A stretch of DNA of 32,628 nucleotides, from positions 1 through 32,628 of the forward strand of contig JBGPXN010000038.1 of NCBI GenBank assembly GCA_041492755.1, given 5' to 3'. Positions 1-8,641 of the stretch are shown in pieces. This stretch comes from Candidatus Methylomirabilia bacterium (lineage in GTDB: Bacteria > Methylomirabilota > Methylomirabilia > Rokubacteriales > CSP1-6). Made by a program: the position numbers and the translations under genes. The notes under the pieces were generated by a model. It had not been told where the DNA came from. It saw only the letters and a program-made list of their open reading frames with translations, and searched no databases. Each line of letters opens with the position of its first letter. Positions within the stretch are counted from its first letter, which is position 1.

Positions 1-1
1 C

Positions 2-76
2 GAGCCGCTGAGACGCTTCGTCAGCCTCGACACCGCGCAGACCCAGGCCGCGCGAGAGCTCGGGCTGCCGCTGTAG
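2..76 (+). CDS. 3' end of probable PIN-domain (VapC-like) protein, truncated by window edge
   Basis: Frame 2 reads EPLRRFVSLDTAQTQAARELGLPL*, matching the typical PIN C-terminus F-x-T/S-x-D-x-x-Q-x-x-AA-x-x-LG. Confidence 0.5.
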   Translation, partial: EPLRRFVSLDTAQTQAARELGLPL

Positions 77-175
77 CGCGCCCGGCCGCGCCCCGGCGCG
101 GCGTCTTTGCGAGCGTTCCGGAGGACCTGTCGCCGCGATCTCGATGAGGTTCTGAGCCGACACCTCCTAGGCCAA

Positions 176-1012
176 CTAGTTGCTGGTACCTTCGGCCGGT
201 TGGTTGGCGTACTTCGCGACCCAGGTTGAGACGGGTCGTACGTCGGCGAACCCTGGGAGGCGGCTGATGGTGTCGTCGATCTTCTGGGCGGCGGCGGCGC
301 CCTCGGGGCCGGAGAACAGGTAGCGGCCGAGGAAGAGCGTGTCGGCGATGGGGGCGACGCCGGTGCCGACGGGGCCCCAGTAGGACTTCACGATGCGACG
401 TACCACCGGGGCCACGCCGCGGCGGGCGAGGCGGATCTCGGCCTGGTGGTAGTAGAAGGAAAAGTGACGCGACTCGTCGCGCATGATGCGCGCGAGGAGC
501 TCGGTCAGCACCGGGTGGTTGGCGACGTCCTGCAGCCGCCGGTAGCCGGTGAGCGTCAGCAGCTCGTTGATCGCGCCCCACGTCATGTGGAGCGCGCAGA
601 AGTCGGGCCACGCCTTGGACACGAAGGCCGTGACGAACCCCTCGAGGCGCTGGCCGATCTTCTCCTTGCCTCGGGGCAGCTCACGCGGGCCCAGCGGATG
701 GCCGGCCGCTTCGAGGAAGCGGGCCAGCGCGAGGGCGTGGAAGGTTTCCTCGTAGAGCCAGCAGGCGAGGAAGGTCGCGATCTCCGGGTCGTCGACGGCG
801 CGGGTGGCGAGCAACGAACGGAGATAGATGATCGTGTGTCCCTCGATGTCCTGCATGTACCGCAGGGTGCGGACGGTGTCGGTGGACAGCGGATACCGCG
901 GCACTTCGTGCCACGGGACGTCGCCGAGGTCGAGGGCTTTCGAGCGTGCGACGTAGGCGTCGATGTCGGCCTTGGAGTGCGTGACGTATCTCTCGATGTC
1001 GACCTCGGCCAT
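176..1012 (-). CDS. Ferritin-like di-iron domain protein (acyl-ACP desaturase-like superfamily)
   Basis: 278 aa; paired E...ExxH di-iron pattern (DIEGH, EETFH, INELLT, DESRH); purine-rich RBS-like GAAAGG upstream. Confidence 0.75.
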   Translation of the reverse strand: MAEVDIERYVTHSKADIDAYVARSKALDLGDVPWHEVPRYPLSTDTVRTLRYMQDIEGHTIIYLRSLLATRAVDDPEIATFLACWLYEETFHALALARFLEAAGHPLGPRELPRGKEKIGQRLEGFVTAFVSKAWPDFCALHMTWGAINELLTLTGYRRLQDVANHPVLTELLARIMRDESRHFSFYYHQAEIRLARRGVAPVVRRIVKSYWGPVGTGVAPIADTLFLGRYLFSGPEGAAAAQKIDDTISRLPGFADVRPVSTWVAKYANQPAEGTSN

Positions 1013-1110
1013 GTCGTGCGCCTTTCCCTACAGCGTATCGCCGAAATTCTAAAGCCTTGCCCTGAAAACCAATACGTTCGAAGCAACGTAGGTGGTTTCC
1101 GGCCGCGGTG

Positions 1111-1857
1111 TCAAGGCCGGCCCGCGTTCCGCTCCGACGGCCGGCCGATGTGGATGTGCGCGCCGGTGGCGGTCCCCGGGATCGGGCCGCGATAGGCGAA
1201 AAACGTCAGTCCGAGCTCCCGCAGGTAGGCCATCAGGGCCCGACCCTCCGGGGTATCGGGATGAACGGCGACGTCGACCGCGTGCTGGTGGTCCAGGCCG
1301 AGCCGGTGGTGCACCGCGGTTTGACCGAGCGCGCTCACCGGCAGCGGTCGGCCGAAGCGTGTCACGAAGAAGTCCCGGATGCGCACGAGCTCGGCGATCG
1401 CGCCGGCGCGCGGCCCCTGGAAACGCACCAGGCGATCCGTCGCCTCGTACTCCCCTTCGCCGAGCTTGCGGCCCGCGGCCGCCTCGCGCTGGGCCTCGAT
1501 CTCCGCGGCCAGGGTATCCGACTGCGCGATTTCCCGGCGTGCGTCGTCGAGCTTGCCGCGAGCGCGGGCGACGATGGCGGCGGCCTCCTCGACGTCGCGG
1601 CGGGCCACGATGCCGCGCGCGTAGAAATCCGTGTACCGGTCGAGCACGTCGCTTGCCCGGCGAAGCTCCTGCTCGTAGAAGGGAATGACGCGCTCGAGAC
1701 TCGCACGATAGACGCGGTTGGCTTCCGCCAGGTCTTCGCGGAGATCGCCGGCCGCGCGCGCGGCACCGGGCAGAGCGGCGAAGGCCGCGACGGCAAGCGT
1801 GAAGGCCGCGAGGGCGAGGGCGGCGGGCAGAACACGGCCGGCGGGCGGTCTCGGCAT
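1111..1857 (-). CDS. Exported protein: signal peptide, coiled-coil region, C-terminal putative Zn-metallopeptidase (LAS/M15-like) domain
   Basis: ATG at 1857 gives MPRPPAGRVLPAALALAAF...AARA signal; C-terminal HQHAVD and HIH motifs. Confidence 0.6.
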   Translation of the reverse strand: MPRPPAGRVLPAALALAAFTLAVAAFAALPGAARAAGDLREDLAEANRVYRASLERVIPFYEQELRRASDVLDRYTDFYARGIVARRDVEEAAAIVARARGKLDDARREIAQSDTLAAEIEAQREAAAGRKLGEGEYEATDRLVRFQGPRAGAIAELVRIRDFFVTRFGRPLPVSALGQTAVHHRLGLDHQHAVDVAVHPDTPEGRALMAYLRELGLTFFAYRGPIPGTATGAHIHIGRPSERNAGRP

Positions 1858-2033
1858 CTGCTCCCAGGGTACACTGCGGCCAAACCGCCGCGGCCAACCC
1901 GGGAGGTGCGCGTCGAAGTCGACACATCGCCCCTCGGAGCCCGTAGAATTGGCGGGGCGATGCCAGCGAAAGGTCTGCAATCGCTTGCGGGCTGCCGGGC
2001 CCGCCGTGAATCTCGGGGGACAAGGAGCGTGAG

Positions 2034-2813
2034 ATGGGCCTTCTGGATGGACGGGTCGCCATCGTGACCGGTGCGAGCAAGGGTGTGGGGCGCGAGATCG
2101 GCGAGCAGTTCGCGCAGCAGGGTGCGAGCGTGGTGTGCGCGGCGCGCTCGGCCGATCTCGTGAAGGAGACCGCGGGCCGCATCCAGGCCGCGGGCGGCAA
2201 AGCGATCGCGGTGGTGTGCGACGCGGCCAAGGAAGACGAGGTGCGCGCGCTGGTGGCGAGCAGCGTTCAGACGTTCGGCAAGGTCGACGTCCTCGTCAAC
2301 AACGCCGGCGATGGCGGCCCGACCAAGCCGGTGCAGGAGTACACGACGGACGACTGGTTCTACACCATCAACTCGTGCCTCACCTCGTCTTACATGTGTA
2401 TCCGGTTCGCGGTGCCGGAGATGATCAAGGCCGGCCGCGGCGCGATCGTCAACATCTCCTCGATGGCGGGACGCCGTGGTCTCGCGTTCCGCATCGGCTA
2501 CTGCTCTGCGAAGGCCGGGCAGGTCGGCATGGCGTACGGGCTGGCCCTCGAGCTCGGGCCCCAGAACATTCGGATCAACGTCATCGCGCCGGGCGCGGTC
2601 GAGGGACCTCGGATCGACAGCGTCATCGCCGGCCAGGCCAGGGTCAAGGGACTTTCGGAGGCCGACGTGCGGCGCGCCATGACCGAGCGCTCGCCGCTCA
2701 AGCGCTTCGTCCGGGCCGACGATATCGCGGCGCTCGCCGTGTTCCTCTGCAGCGACCTCGCGAAGAACATCTCGGGACAGCTGATTCCGGTGAACGCCGG
2801 CGAGCCGGTGTGA
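2034..2813 (+). CDS. SDR family NAD(P)-dependent oxidoreductase
   Basis: TGASKGVG, NNAG, YCSAK; RBS AAGGAG. Confidence 0.93.
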   Translation: MGLLDGRVAIVTGASKGVGREIGEQFAQQGASVVCAARSADLVKETAGRIQAAGGKAIAVVCDAAKEDEVRALVASSVQTFGKVDVLVNNAGDGGPTKPVQEYTTDDWFYTINSCLTSSYMCIRFAVPEMIKAGRGAIVNISSMAGRRGLAFRIGYCSAKAGQVGMAYGLALELGPQNIRINVIAPGAVEGPRIDSVIAGQARVKGLSEADVRRAMTERSPLKRFVRADDIAALAVFLCSDLAKNISGQLIPVNAGEPV

Positions 2814-2820
2814 CGGCGCC

Positions 2821-3684
2821 GTGACTCCGCACACCGTCTACCTCCCGTTCAATCGCGACTGCCTCGGCGGCTCGTTCACGCCGGCCAAGCGCGGCGGTCG
2901 CCCGGCTGAAGTACGCGGGCGCTGGCTGCTGGTGCAGGACCAGGGTCTTCTCGTCGTCCCCGACGGTGACACGTTCCGCGTGCCGGAGGGCGAGTGCCCG
3001 CGCGATCTCTCCGGCGTGGTCGGCGAGCCGCTCTGGCTCGGCACGGTCGACGGCGTGCCGTGCTGGGTGGTCGGCCTCCCGCGCGAGGCGCCGGTCCCCA
3101 CGGGCCTGCAGCGCGAGACGCTGATCCCGATGCAGGGGACCCGGCTGCCGGACGATCTGCTCTCGCTCGGCGGGATGGCGATGCAGGCGCTCTACTGGGA
3201 GAGCACGAGCGGGCACTGTCCCCGCTGCGGCGAGCCCACCACCCGTATCGAGGGTGAGTGGGGCAAGCGCTGCCCGAAGTGCCGCTACGAGCACTACCCC
3301 CACCTGCATCCTGCCGTGATCGTGCTGGTCCGCGACGGCGATCGGGTGCTGCTCGCGCGGAAGGCGATCTGGGCCCCCGGCCGCTACGCGCTGATCGCGG
3401 GCTTCGTGGACAACGGGGAATCGCTGGAGGCCTGTGTCGCCCGCGAGGTGAAGGAAGAAGTCGGCGTCGACGTCAAGGACATCCAGTACGTCGGGAGCCA
3501 GAACTGGCCGTTTCCCAGTCAGCTCATGGTCGGCTTCGTCGCGACCTACGCCGGCGGGGACGTCGTGATCGATCGCGAGGAGCTGGAGGACGCCCGCTGG
3601 TTCCCGCGCGATGGGCTGCCCAACGCGCCGTCGCGCCACAGCATCGCCGGCTTCATCATCAAGAACTACGCGATGCGCCCGTAG
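2821..3684 (+). CDS. nudC: NAD(+)/NADH diphosphatase NudC
   Basis: Zn ribbon CPRCG...CPKC, Nudix box GFVDNGESLEACVAREVKEEVG, SQNWPFP signature. Confidence 0.93.
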   Translation: MTPHTVYLPFNRDCLGGSFTPAKRGGRPAEVRGRWLLVQDQGLLVVPDGDTFRVPEGECPRDLSGVVGEPLWLGTVDGVPCWVVGLPREAPVPTGLQRETLIPMQGTRLPDDLLSLGGMAMQALYWESTSGHCPRCGEPTTRIEGEWGKRCPKCRYEHYPHLHPAVIVLVRDGDRVLLARKAIWAPGRYALIAGFVDNGESLEACVAREVKEEVGVDVKDIQYVGSQNWPFPSQLMVGFVATYAGGDVVIDREELEDARWFPRDGLPNAPSRHSIAGFIIKNYAMRP

Positions 3685-3724
3685 CGCGGCCTCACCTTCG
3701 AGGAGGCCATGAAAGGTCTCGCCC

Positions 3725-4558
3725 ATGACGCTCGTCAGCACCGACTGGCTTTCTGGCTACCTGAGGTCGCCCGACCTGCGCGTGGTGGACGGCTCCTGGC
3801 ACCTGCCGGCCCTGAAGCGGAACCCGCACGCCGAATTCCTGGAGTCGCACATCCCGGGCGCCATCTTCTTCGACATCGAGACCATCGCCGATACCAGCGT
3901 TCCCCTGCCCCACATGCTGCCCAGCCCCGAGCAGTTCGCCCAGGCCGTCGGCGCCCTCGGTATCGGCACCGGCGACCGGGTCGTCGTCTATTCCAGGGGC
4001 GGCGTGACCAGCGCGGCCCGCGTCTGGTGGACGTTTCGTGTCTTCGGCCACGAGAACGTCGCCGTCCTCGACGGCGGCTTCGGGAAATGGACGCGTGAGG
4101 GCCGGCCCGTCGAGCCGGGGGCCCCGAAGCCGCGCCCGCGCACGTTCCACGCGCGCTTCCGGCCCGAGCTCGTACGCAACCTCGATCGCATGCGCGCCAA
4201 CGTCGCCACCAACGCGGAGCAGGTCGTCGATGCCCGACCGCGCGGCCGCTTCCTCGGCACCGAGCCGGAGCCCCGCCCGGGCCTGCGCTCGGGACACATT
4301 CCGGGCAGCGTGAATCTGCCGCCCGACGCGCTCTATCGACCCGACGGCACCGTGCTCCCGCCCGACGACGTCCGTCGCGCCTTCGCGGCGACCGGGGTGG
4401 ATCTCGCTCGCCCGCTCGTGACGACCTGCGGCTCCGGCGTCGCCGCCTCCGGGCTCGCGCTGGCGCTGCACTTCATCGGCTGTCCCGACGTCGCCGTCTA
4501 CGACGGCTCGTGGACGGAGTGGGGCGGACGCAGCGACACGCCCGTCAGCCGCGCGTGA
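3725..4558 (+). CDS. sseA: 3-mercaptopyruvate sulfurtransferase (two-domain rhodanese)
   Basis: HIPGA, VLDGG, GHIPG, active-site CGSGV, YDGSWTEW. Confidence 0.92.
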   Translation: MTLVSTDWLSGYLRSPDLRVVDGSWHLPALKRNPHAEFLESHIPGAIFFDIETIADTSVPLPHMLPSPEQFAQAVGALGIGTGDRVVVYSRGGVTSAARVWWTFRVFGHENVAVLDGGFGKWTREGRPVEPGAPKPRPRTFHARFRPELVRNLDRMRANVATNAEQVVDARPRGRFLGTEPEPRPGLRSGHIPGSVNLPPDALYRPDGTVLPPDDVRRAFAATGVDLARPLVTTCGSGVAASGLALALHFIGCPDVAVYDGSWTEWGGRSDTPVSRA

Positions 4559-4961
4559 GGACCTTGGCGACGGACTCCGGTGCGAAGCCGAGCTGGAGGA
4601 GCGCGGCGCCTTTGTCGAAGTACTCACGGTAGATGGCGATGCGGTCGCCCTCGAGCTCGAACAGGCTCATGCCCCGAAAGCGGACGTGGCGGCCGACGCT
4701 GCGGGGCACGGCCTCGGTGACGACGTAGCTGAACGTCCACTCGGCGGCGGCGCGGGTCGCCGACTCCACGACCGCGTCCATCGTCCAGCGGTAGTCCTTT
4801 CCTTCGCGGAACATCCGCTCGAACATCAGCCTCAACGCTGGGTGGCCGCCGTGCTCGCCGTAGAACGTGTCGCGATAGGTCGCGGTGGGCGTGAAGCAGC
4901 CGAGCAGGCCATCGACATCGTGACGATTGAACGCGGTGGCGAACTTCTGAACGATGCTCAT
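4545..4961 (-). CDS. SnoaL-like / NTF2 family protein
   Basis: 138 aa, AFNRHDVDGLL...F...RGMSLFEL...I...REYFD pattern. Confidence 0.85.
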   Translation of the reverse strand: MSIVQKFATAFNRHDVDGLLGCFTPTATYRDTFYGEHGGHPALRLMFERMFREGKDYRWTMDAVVESATRAAAEWTFSYVVTEAVPRSVGRHVRFRGMSLFELEGDRIAIYREYFDKGAALLQLGFAPESVAKVLTRG

Positions 4962-5030
4962 GGACGAGAGACTAGCGCCGGCATGTCACCGCCAGCAAGT
5001 GACTGCCACCTGCAGCGAGGGCGGGCGGGC

Positions 5031-5345
5031 TCAGGCCGTGCGGGTGACCGGTTGGCCGGGAGCCACCACCCCGATGCGGCTCACCAGACTCGGCCGCCGT
5101 TTCAGCGTTTCGGTCTCGCGCTCGACCGTCCGGAGCGCCGCGTCGCGAAGCTCCGGCGTCGCCGCGGACCCGTTCAGCTCGACCGTGACGTTCCCACGCC
5201 AGTTCACGTGCACGACCGGGAGAATGGACACCGGGCGCAGCTCCGGGTCACGCCGCAGCGCTTCGCCGATGTCGAGCTGCAGGCGCGTCGCCGCGGCCTC
5301 CCGGTCGCTTTGCCGTTCGAGGAATCTGACCCCGAGCGCGACCAG
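5031..5345 (-). pseudogene. N-terminally truncated BON-like / membrane-anchored hypothetical protein
   Basis: Frame reads LVALGVRFLERQSDREAAATRLQLDIGEALRRDPELRPVSILPVVHVNWRGNVTVELNGSAATPELRDAALRTV, with no canonical in-frame start upstream. Confidence 0.4.
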
Positions 5346-5392
5346 GACGCCGCATCGCCGAGCCCGGGCCGCCGAGACGCTACAATGCTCAC

Positions 5393-6103
5393 GTGGAGGC
5401 GAAACTCGAGACCCTGCTCCTGGACCTCGACGACACCCTGCTGGACTACTCTGGTGGCGCGGACGCTTGCTGGACCGCGGCGTGTCACGCCGGGTGCGCG
5501 ATGGCGGGCCTGGCCGGCGAGCCGCTGGTGCAGGCGGTGGCCGACGTCCGGCGGTGGTTCTGGGAGGATCCGGCGCGGCACCGTCGGGAGCGAGTCGACA
5601 TGCTCAAGGCCTGGCAGAGCATCGTCAGCCACGCGCTCGATTCGATGGGGCTGCCCGGGCGCGGGGATCTCGCCGCCGCGGTCGCCCAGGACTTCGCGGC
5701 GCGCCGGCGTCAGCGGATGCAGCTCTTCGAGGATGCGCTCGACACGTTGCAGTGGTTCCGCGCGCGCGGCGTGCCACTGGGGTTGGTGACCAACGGCGAC
5801 GCCGGCCAGCAGCGCGACAAGATCGAGCGCTTCGACCTCGCACGCTTCTTCGACGTCATCGTGATCGAGGGTGAGTTCGGGGCGGGGAAGCCCGACGAGG
5901 TCGTGTATCGCCATGCGCTGAACACGCTCGGGGCGCGGCCGGATACGACGTGGATGGTGGGCGATCACCTGGAGTTCGACGTGGGCGGCTCGCAGCGACT
6001 CGGGATGTCCGGCATCTGGGTCGATCGCGACGGCGCCGGACTGCCGACCGGTAGCGCCGTCCAGCCTCAACGGATCATCCGCTCGCTGCGCGAGCTCCGT
6101 TAG
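5393..6103 (+). CDS. HAD-superfamily hydrolase (YjjG/subfamily IA-like)
   Basis: DLDDTL motif I, TNG motif II, KP, GDHLEFDVGG motif IV. Confidence 0.9.
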   Translation: MEAKLETLLLDLDDTLLDYSGGADACWTAACHAGCAMAGLAGEPLVQAVADVRRWFWEDPARHRRERVDMLKAWQSIVSHALDSMGLPGRGDLAAAVAQDFAARRRQRMQLFEDALDTLQWFRARGVPLGLVTNGDAGQQRDKIERFDLARFFDVIVIEGEFGAGKPDEVVYRHALNTLGARPDTTWMVGDHLEFDVGGSQRLGMSGIWVDRDGAGLPTGSAVQPQRIIRSLRELR

Positions 6104-6124
6104 GGAGCCCGTGGCGCTCCTCGA

Positions 6125-6934
6125 TCACCGGGGTAGGAGCGGTCGGGTGGCCTCCAGCGCCTCGCGCGCGACCTCGGTCGGGTCCCGTGACCAAGCTGTC
6201 GGGTTGGGCGCCTCGTAGCTGATGAACCCGCCGTAGCCCCGCGCCGCGATCGCCGCGAAAACCTCGCGAAACGGCACCACGCCTCGGCCGGGCGGAAGTC
6301 GATCGAGCGCCTTGCCGGGTACGAGGCCGCTGGCAGGTACGTCGCTGTACTGGACGTACGAGATTTCGTCCGGCCGGACGTCCTCGACGTCCCGCACGCT
6401 GCCGCCGCTACGGAGCAGGTGATAGGTATCGAGCAGGAGCCGGCTGCGGGGATGACCCGCCTTCGCCAGCGCCTCGCGCATCACGTCGAGCCGGTTGAAC
6501 TGCTCGGCCTGCGAGTTGTACTCGATGGCGAGCGTGATGCCGTGCGCGGCCGCGACGTCGCCGACCTCGCGAATGCTCGCCGCCGCGCGCTCGAGCGGAC
6601 CGCGACCGCGGTCCGACGGGCTCATGACCGTGGCGCAGCCGAGACGCGCCGCGTGCCGGCACTGCTCGTCGAAGACGCCGAGCAGACGCTTGCGCTCGTC
6701 ACCCTCCGCGAACATCCAGCCGACCTCCGCGCCCACGCACGCGACGGCCAGACCGCTCGCCTTCACGTCCGCGATGACGTCGTCGGCCGAGCGTCCGGCT
6801 TCGGCCGCGCGCACGAAGTCGAGGCGCCGCAGCTCGACGGCGTCCCAACCGGCGGCCCGCGCCGCGCGCAGCGCGTCGGCCAGGGGTGTCGTGTCCAGCG
6901 TCCAGGTATGGAGCGCGAGTCCGCGAAAGGCCAT
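6125..6934 (-). CDS. Sugar phosphate isomerase/epimerase family (xylose isomerase-like TIM barrel)
   Basis: GWDAVEL, LAIEY, LLDTYH, RLPPGRG, GYGGFISYE motifs. Confidence 0.85.
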   Translation of the reverse strand: MAFRGLALHTWTLDTTPLADALRAARAAGWDAVELRRLDFVRAAEAGRSADDVIADVKASGLAVACVGAEVGWMFAEGDERKRLLGVFDEQCRHAARLGCATVMSPSDRGRGPLERAAASIREVGDVAAAHGITLAIEYNSQAEQFNRLDVMREALAKAGHPRSRLLLDTYHLLRSGGSVRDVEDVRPDEISYVQYSDVPASGLVPGKALDRLPPGRGVVPFREVFAAIAARGYGGFISYEAPNPTAWSRDPTEVAREALEATRPLLPR

Positions 6935-7184
6935 CAGCGGTGAGCGGCGCACCCGGTGCGCGAGTCGATCCGGAGTGGGTGGGCCATGGCGGGGCTGATG
7001 CTAGCACACGCCAGCTGCGCGCTGCCGACCGCGGAAGCGGCCGCGCATGAGCGGGACGGTGATCGGTGCGGGCACCGGGCCGTGCTCGGCGGCTTCCGCA
7101 CCTCGGCCTGCCTCTCCCTGGCGTTGCGGCGGCGAAGCCGCCGGTGGTGGCGCGATGGGTACGACCCTTGCGGTATGAAGCCGC

Positions 7185-7715
7185 GTGAGTCGGTCAGCCC
7201 CGCCCTCTCGTCCTCCGTGGTGGATTGTGCTCGTCGGCTCGCTCACCGCCGTTGTCGTCACGCTTGGGGTCATGGTGTACGGCATCACGGTGCGGGACGA
7301 CGTGCTGTCCGGAGCGCCGCAGCGACGCCTCATCGAGTTCGCCGCCGCGCGGGATGCGCCGGCCGTGGACCTGCTACCGGTGTTTCGGGCTGGTCAGGGT
7401 GCGCTGTTCTTGCGCAACCGCGCGATCACGTACGATCCCGTGCACCCTTCGCCGGAAGGCCATCGGCTCTTGGGCATGGCCGTGCAGAAGTTGGTGCTGG
7501 GATCCCGACTCGCGCGCCCGCACACGAACACGGGCGCGGGCGCGCTGAGCGCCAGCGCGCGGGTGGCCCCAAGCCGGGGCGGTCAGAACGCCCCGGGGCT
7601 GGGCTCCACCAACTCCGACCGCGCGCGGCCGGACCGCGCCGAACTGCCGCGGTGGATGAATTCACACCAGCGGCGGTTCTCGTCCCCTCCAGCCTCGCTG
7701 CTTCCCGACAGGTAG
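7185..7715 (+). pseudogene. Membrane anchor fused to only the C-terminal part of an SGNH/GDSL hydrolase
   Basis: TM helix followed by VDLLPVF...DPVHPSPEGHRL (SGNH block V DxxH); no GDS block I; tail runs antisense into the next gene. Confidence 0.45.
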
Positions 7716-7876
7716 GCCTCCGACCTCACGTGCTCGTCCTCCGCCCCACCGCGGACGGGGGCATGCGCATCACACCAGCGGGTGTCGAGGATCTCACGCG
7801 TGGGATCAGTGTCGGGCTCACAGCCAGGACAGAACGGGCGGGCGACGACGGGGGAGTCGGCGACGAACTCAGCCAT
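7583..7876 (-). CDS. Small hypothetical Cys/His-containing protein
   Basis: 97 aa MAEFVADSPVVARPFCPGCEP...WCDAH...WCEFIH; protein-like composition unlike shadow ORFs. Confidence 0.6.
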   Translation of the reverse strand: MAEFVADSPVVARPFCPGCEPDTDPTREILDTRWCDAHAPVRGGAEDEHVRSEAYLSGSSEAGGDENRRWCEFIHRGSSARSGRARSELVEPSPGAF

Positions 7877-8087
7877 GGTTCCCGGACGGGGGGCCGTGCC
7901 CCACACGGGGGATAGCGACTACTCGGCCTGGGTCAGAAGCGAACCCGAACGTGTTCGCCATCCGTTTCCACCCTAGCAGCAAGCCCGTCCTCCTATCCAC
8001 TAAATCTTTGTGGGTAGGGGCGGGTTCCCCCCTACATACAGGGGGTACGGGCCCTGGCCGGGCTTCCCCTGGGGCTTTCGGGGCCCG

Positions 8088-8504
8088 TCAGCGGCGCCGG
8101 TCGGATGCCTGGCTGGCAAGCGCCCGGAGGCGCTCGAGGGTGCTCGGCGAGAGGAGAGCGGCGAAGCCGGCAGGGTCACCGCGCCCACGTTCGAGCGCCT
8201 CGCTGATCTTGGCGCCGTCGCCGCCCGAGCCTCGCACCAGCTCCTCGAAGATTGCGGCGGCCAACGCGTACAACTCTTGAGTCAGCGCCGGGGAGCCGGC
8301 CTGCGCCTGGGCCTGTCGGTCAGCGGTGGCCGCCCGGGGATCGCCGGTGATGGCGGCGGCGCGCGCGGCGGGATCGGTGAGCATCTGCAAGGCGGCGCGG
8401 AGCGCCTCTTCGGACGCGGCGTCAAGCGACTGGCCGGAGACGGCGACGGCCCCGCCCAGCGAGACGACGAGGACGACGGCCAGCGCGGTTGTCGCGCGGC
8501 TCAC
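8088..8504 (-). CDS. Hypothetical exported helical protein
   Basis: 138 aa with N-terminal signal peptide (TTALAVVLVVSLGGAVAVSGQ). Confidence 0.65.
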   Translation of the reverse strand: MSRATTALAVVLVVSLGGAVAVSGQSLDAASEEALRAALQMLTDPAARAAAITGDPRAATADRQAQAQAGSPALTQELYALAAAIFEELVRGSGGDGAKISEALERGRGDPAGFAALLSPSTLERLRALASQASDRRR

Positions 8505-8641
8505 GGAACGAATGCGCGGATCAGGACGCCGCAGACGTTCCGCCGGCGAAGTCGATCGTCGTCGCCGTCATGTAGGCAGGAAGATATCAGGAAGGGTAGA
8601 CTCTCGCTACTTGTGCCGACCGTCGTCGACGAGGTTGAGCC

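Noticed and set aside
3725..4558. sseA as part of a sulfur-oxidation system with soxXA
   Set aside because: About 26 kb apart and in an unrelated SDR-nudC operon
8521..8577. AYMTATTIDFAGG, resembling an SDR C-terminal tail
   Set aside because: Too short to separate from chance; may be another stub
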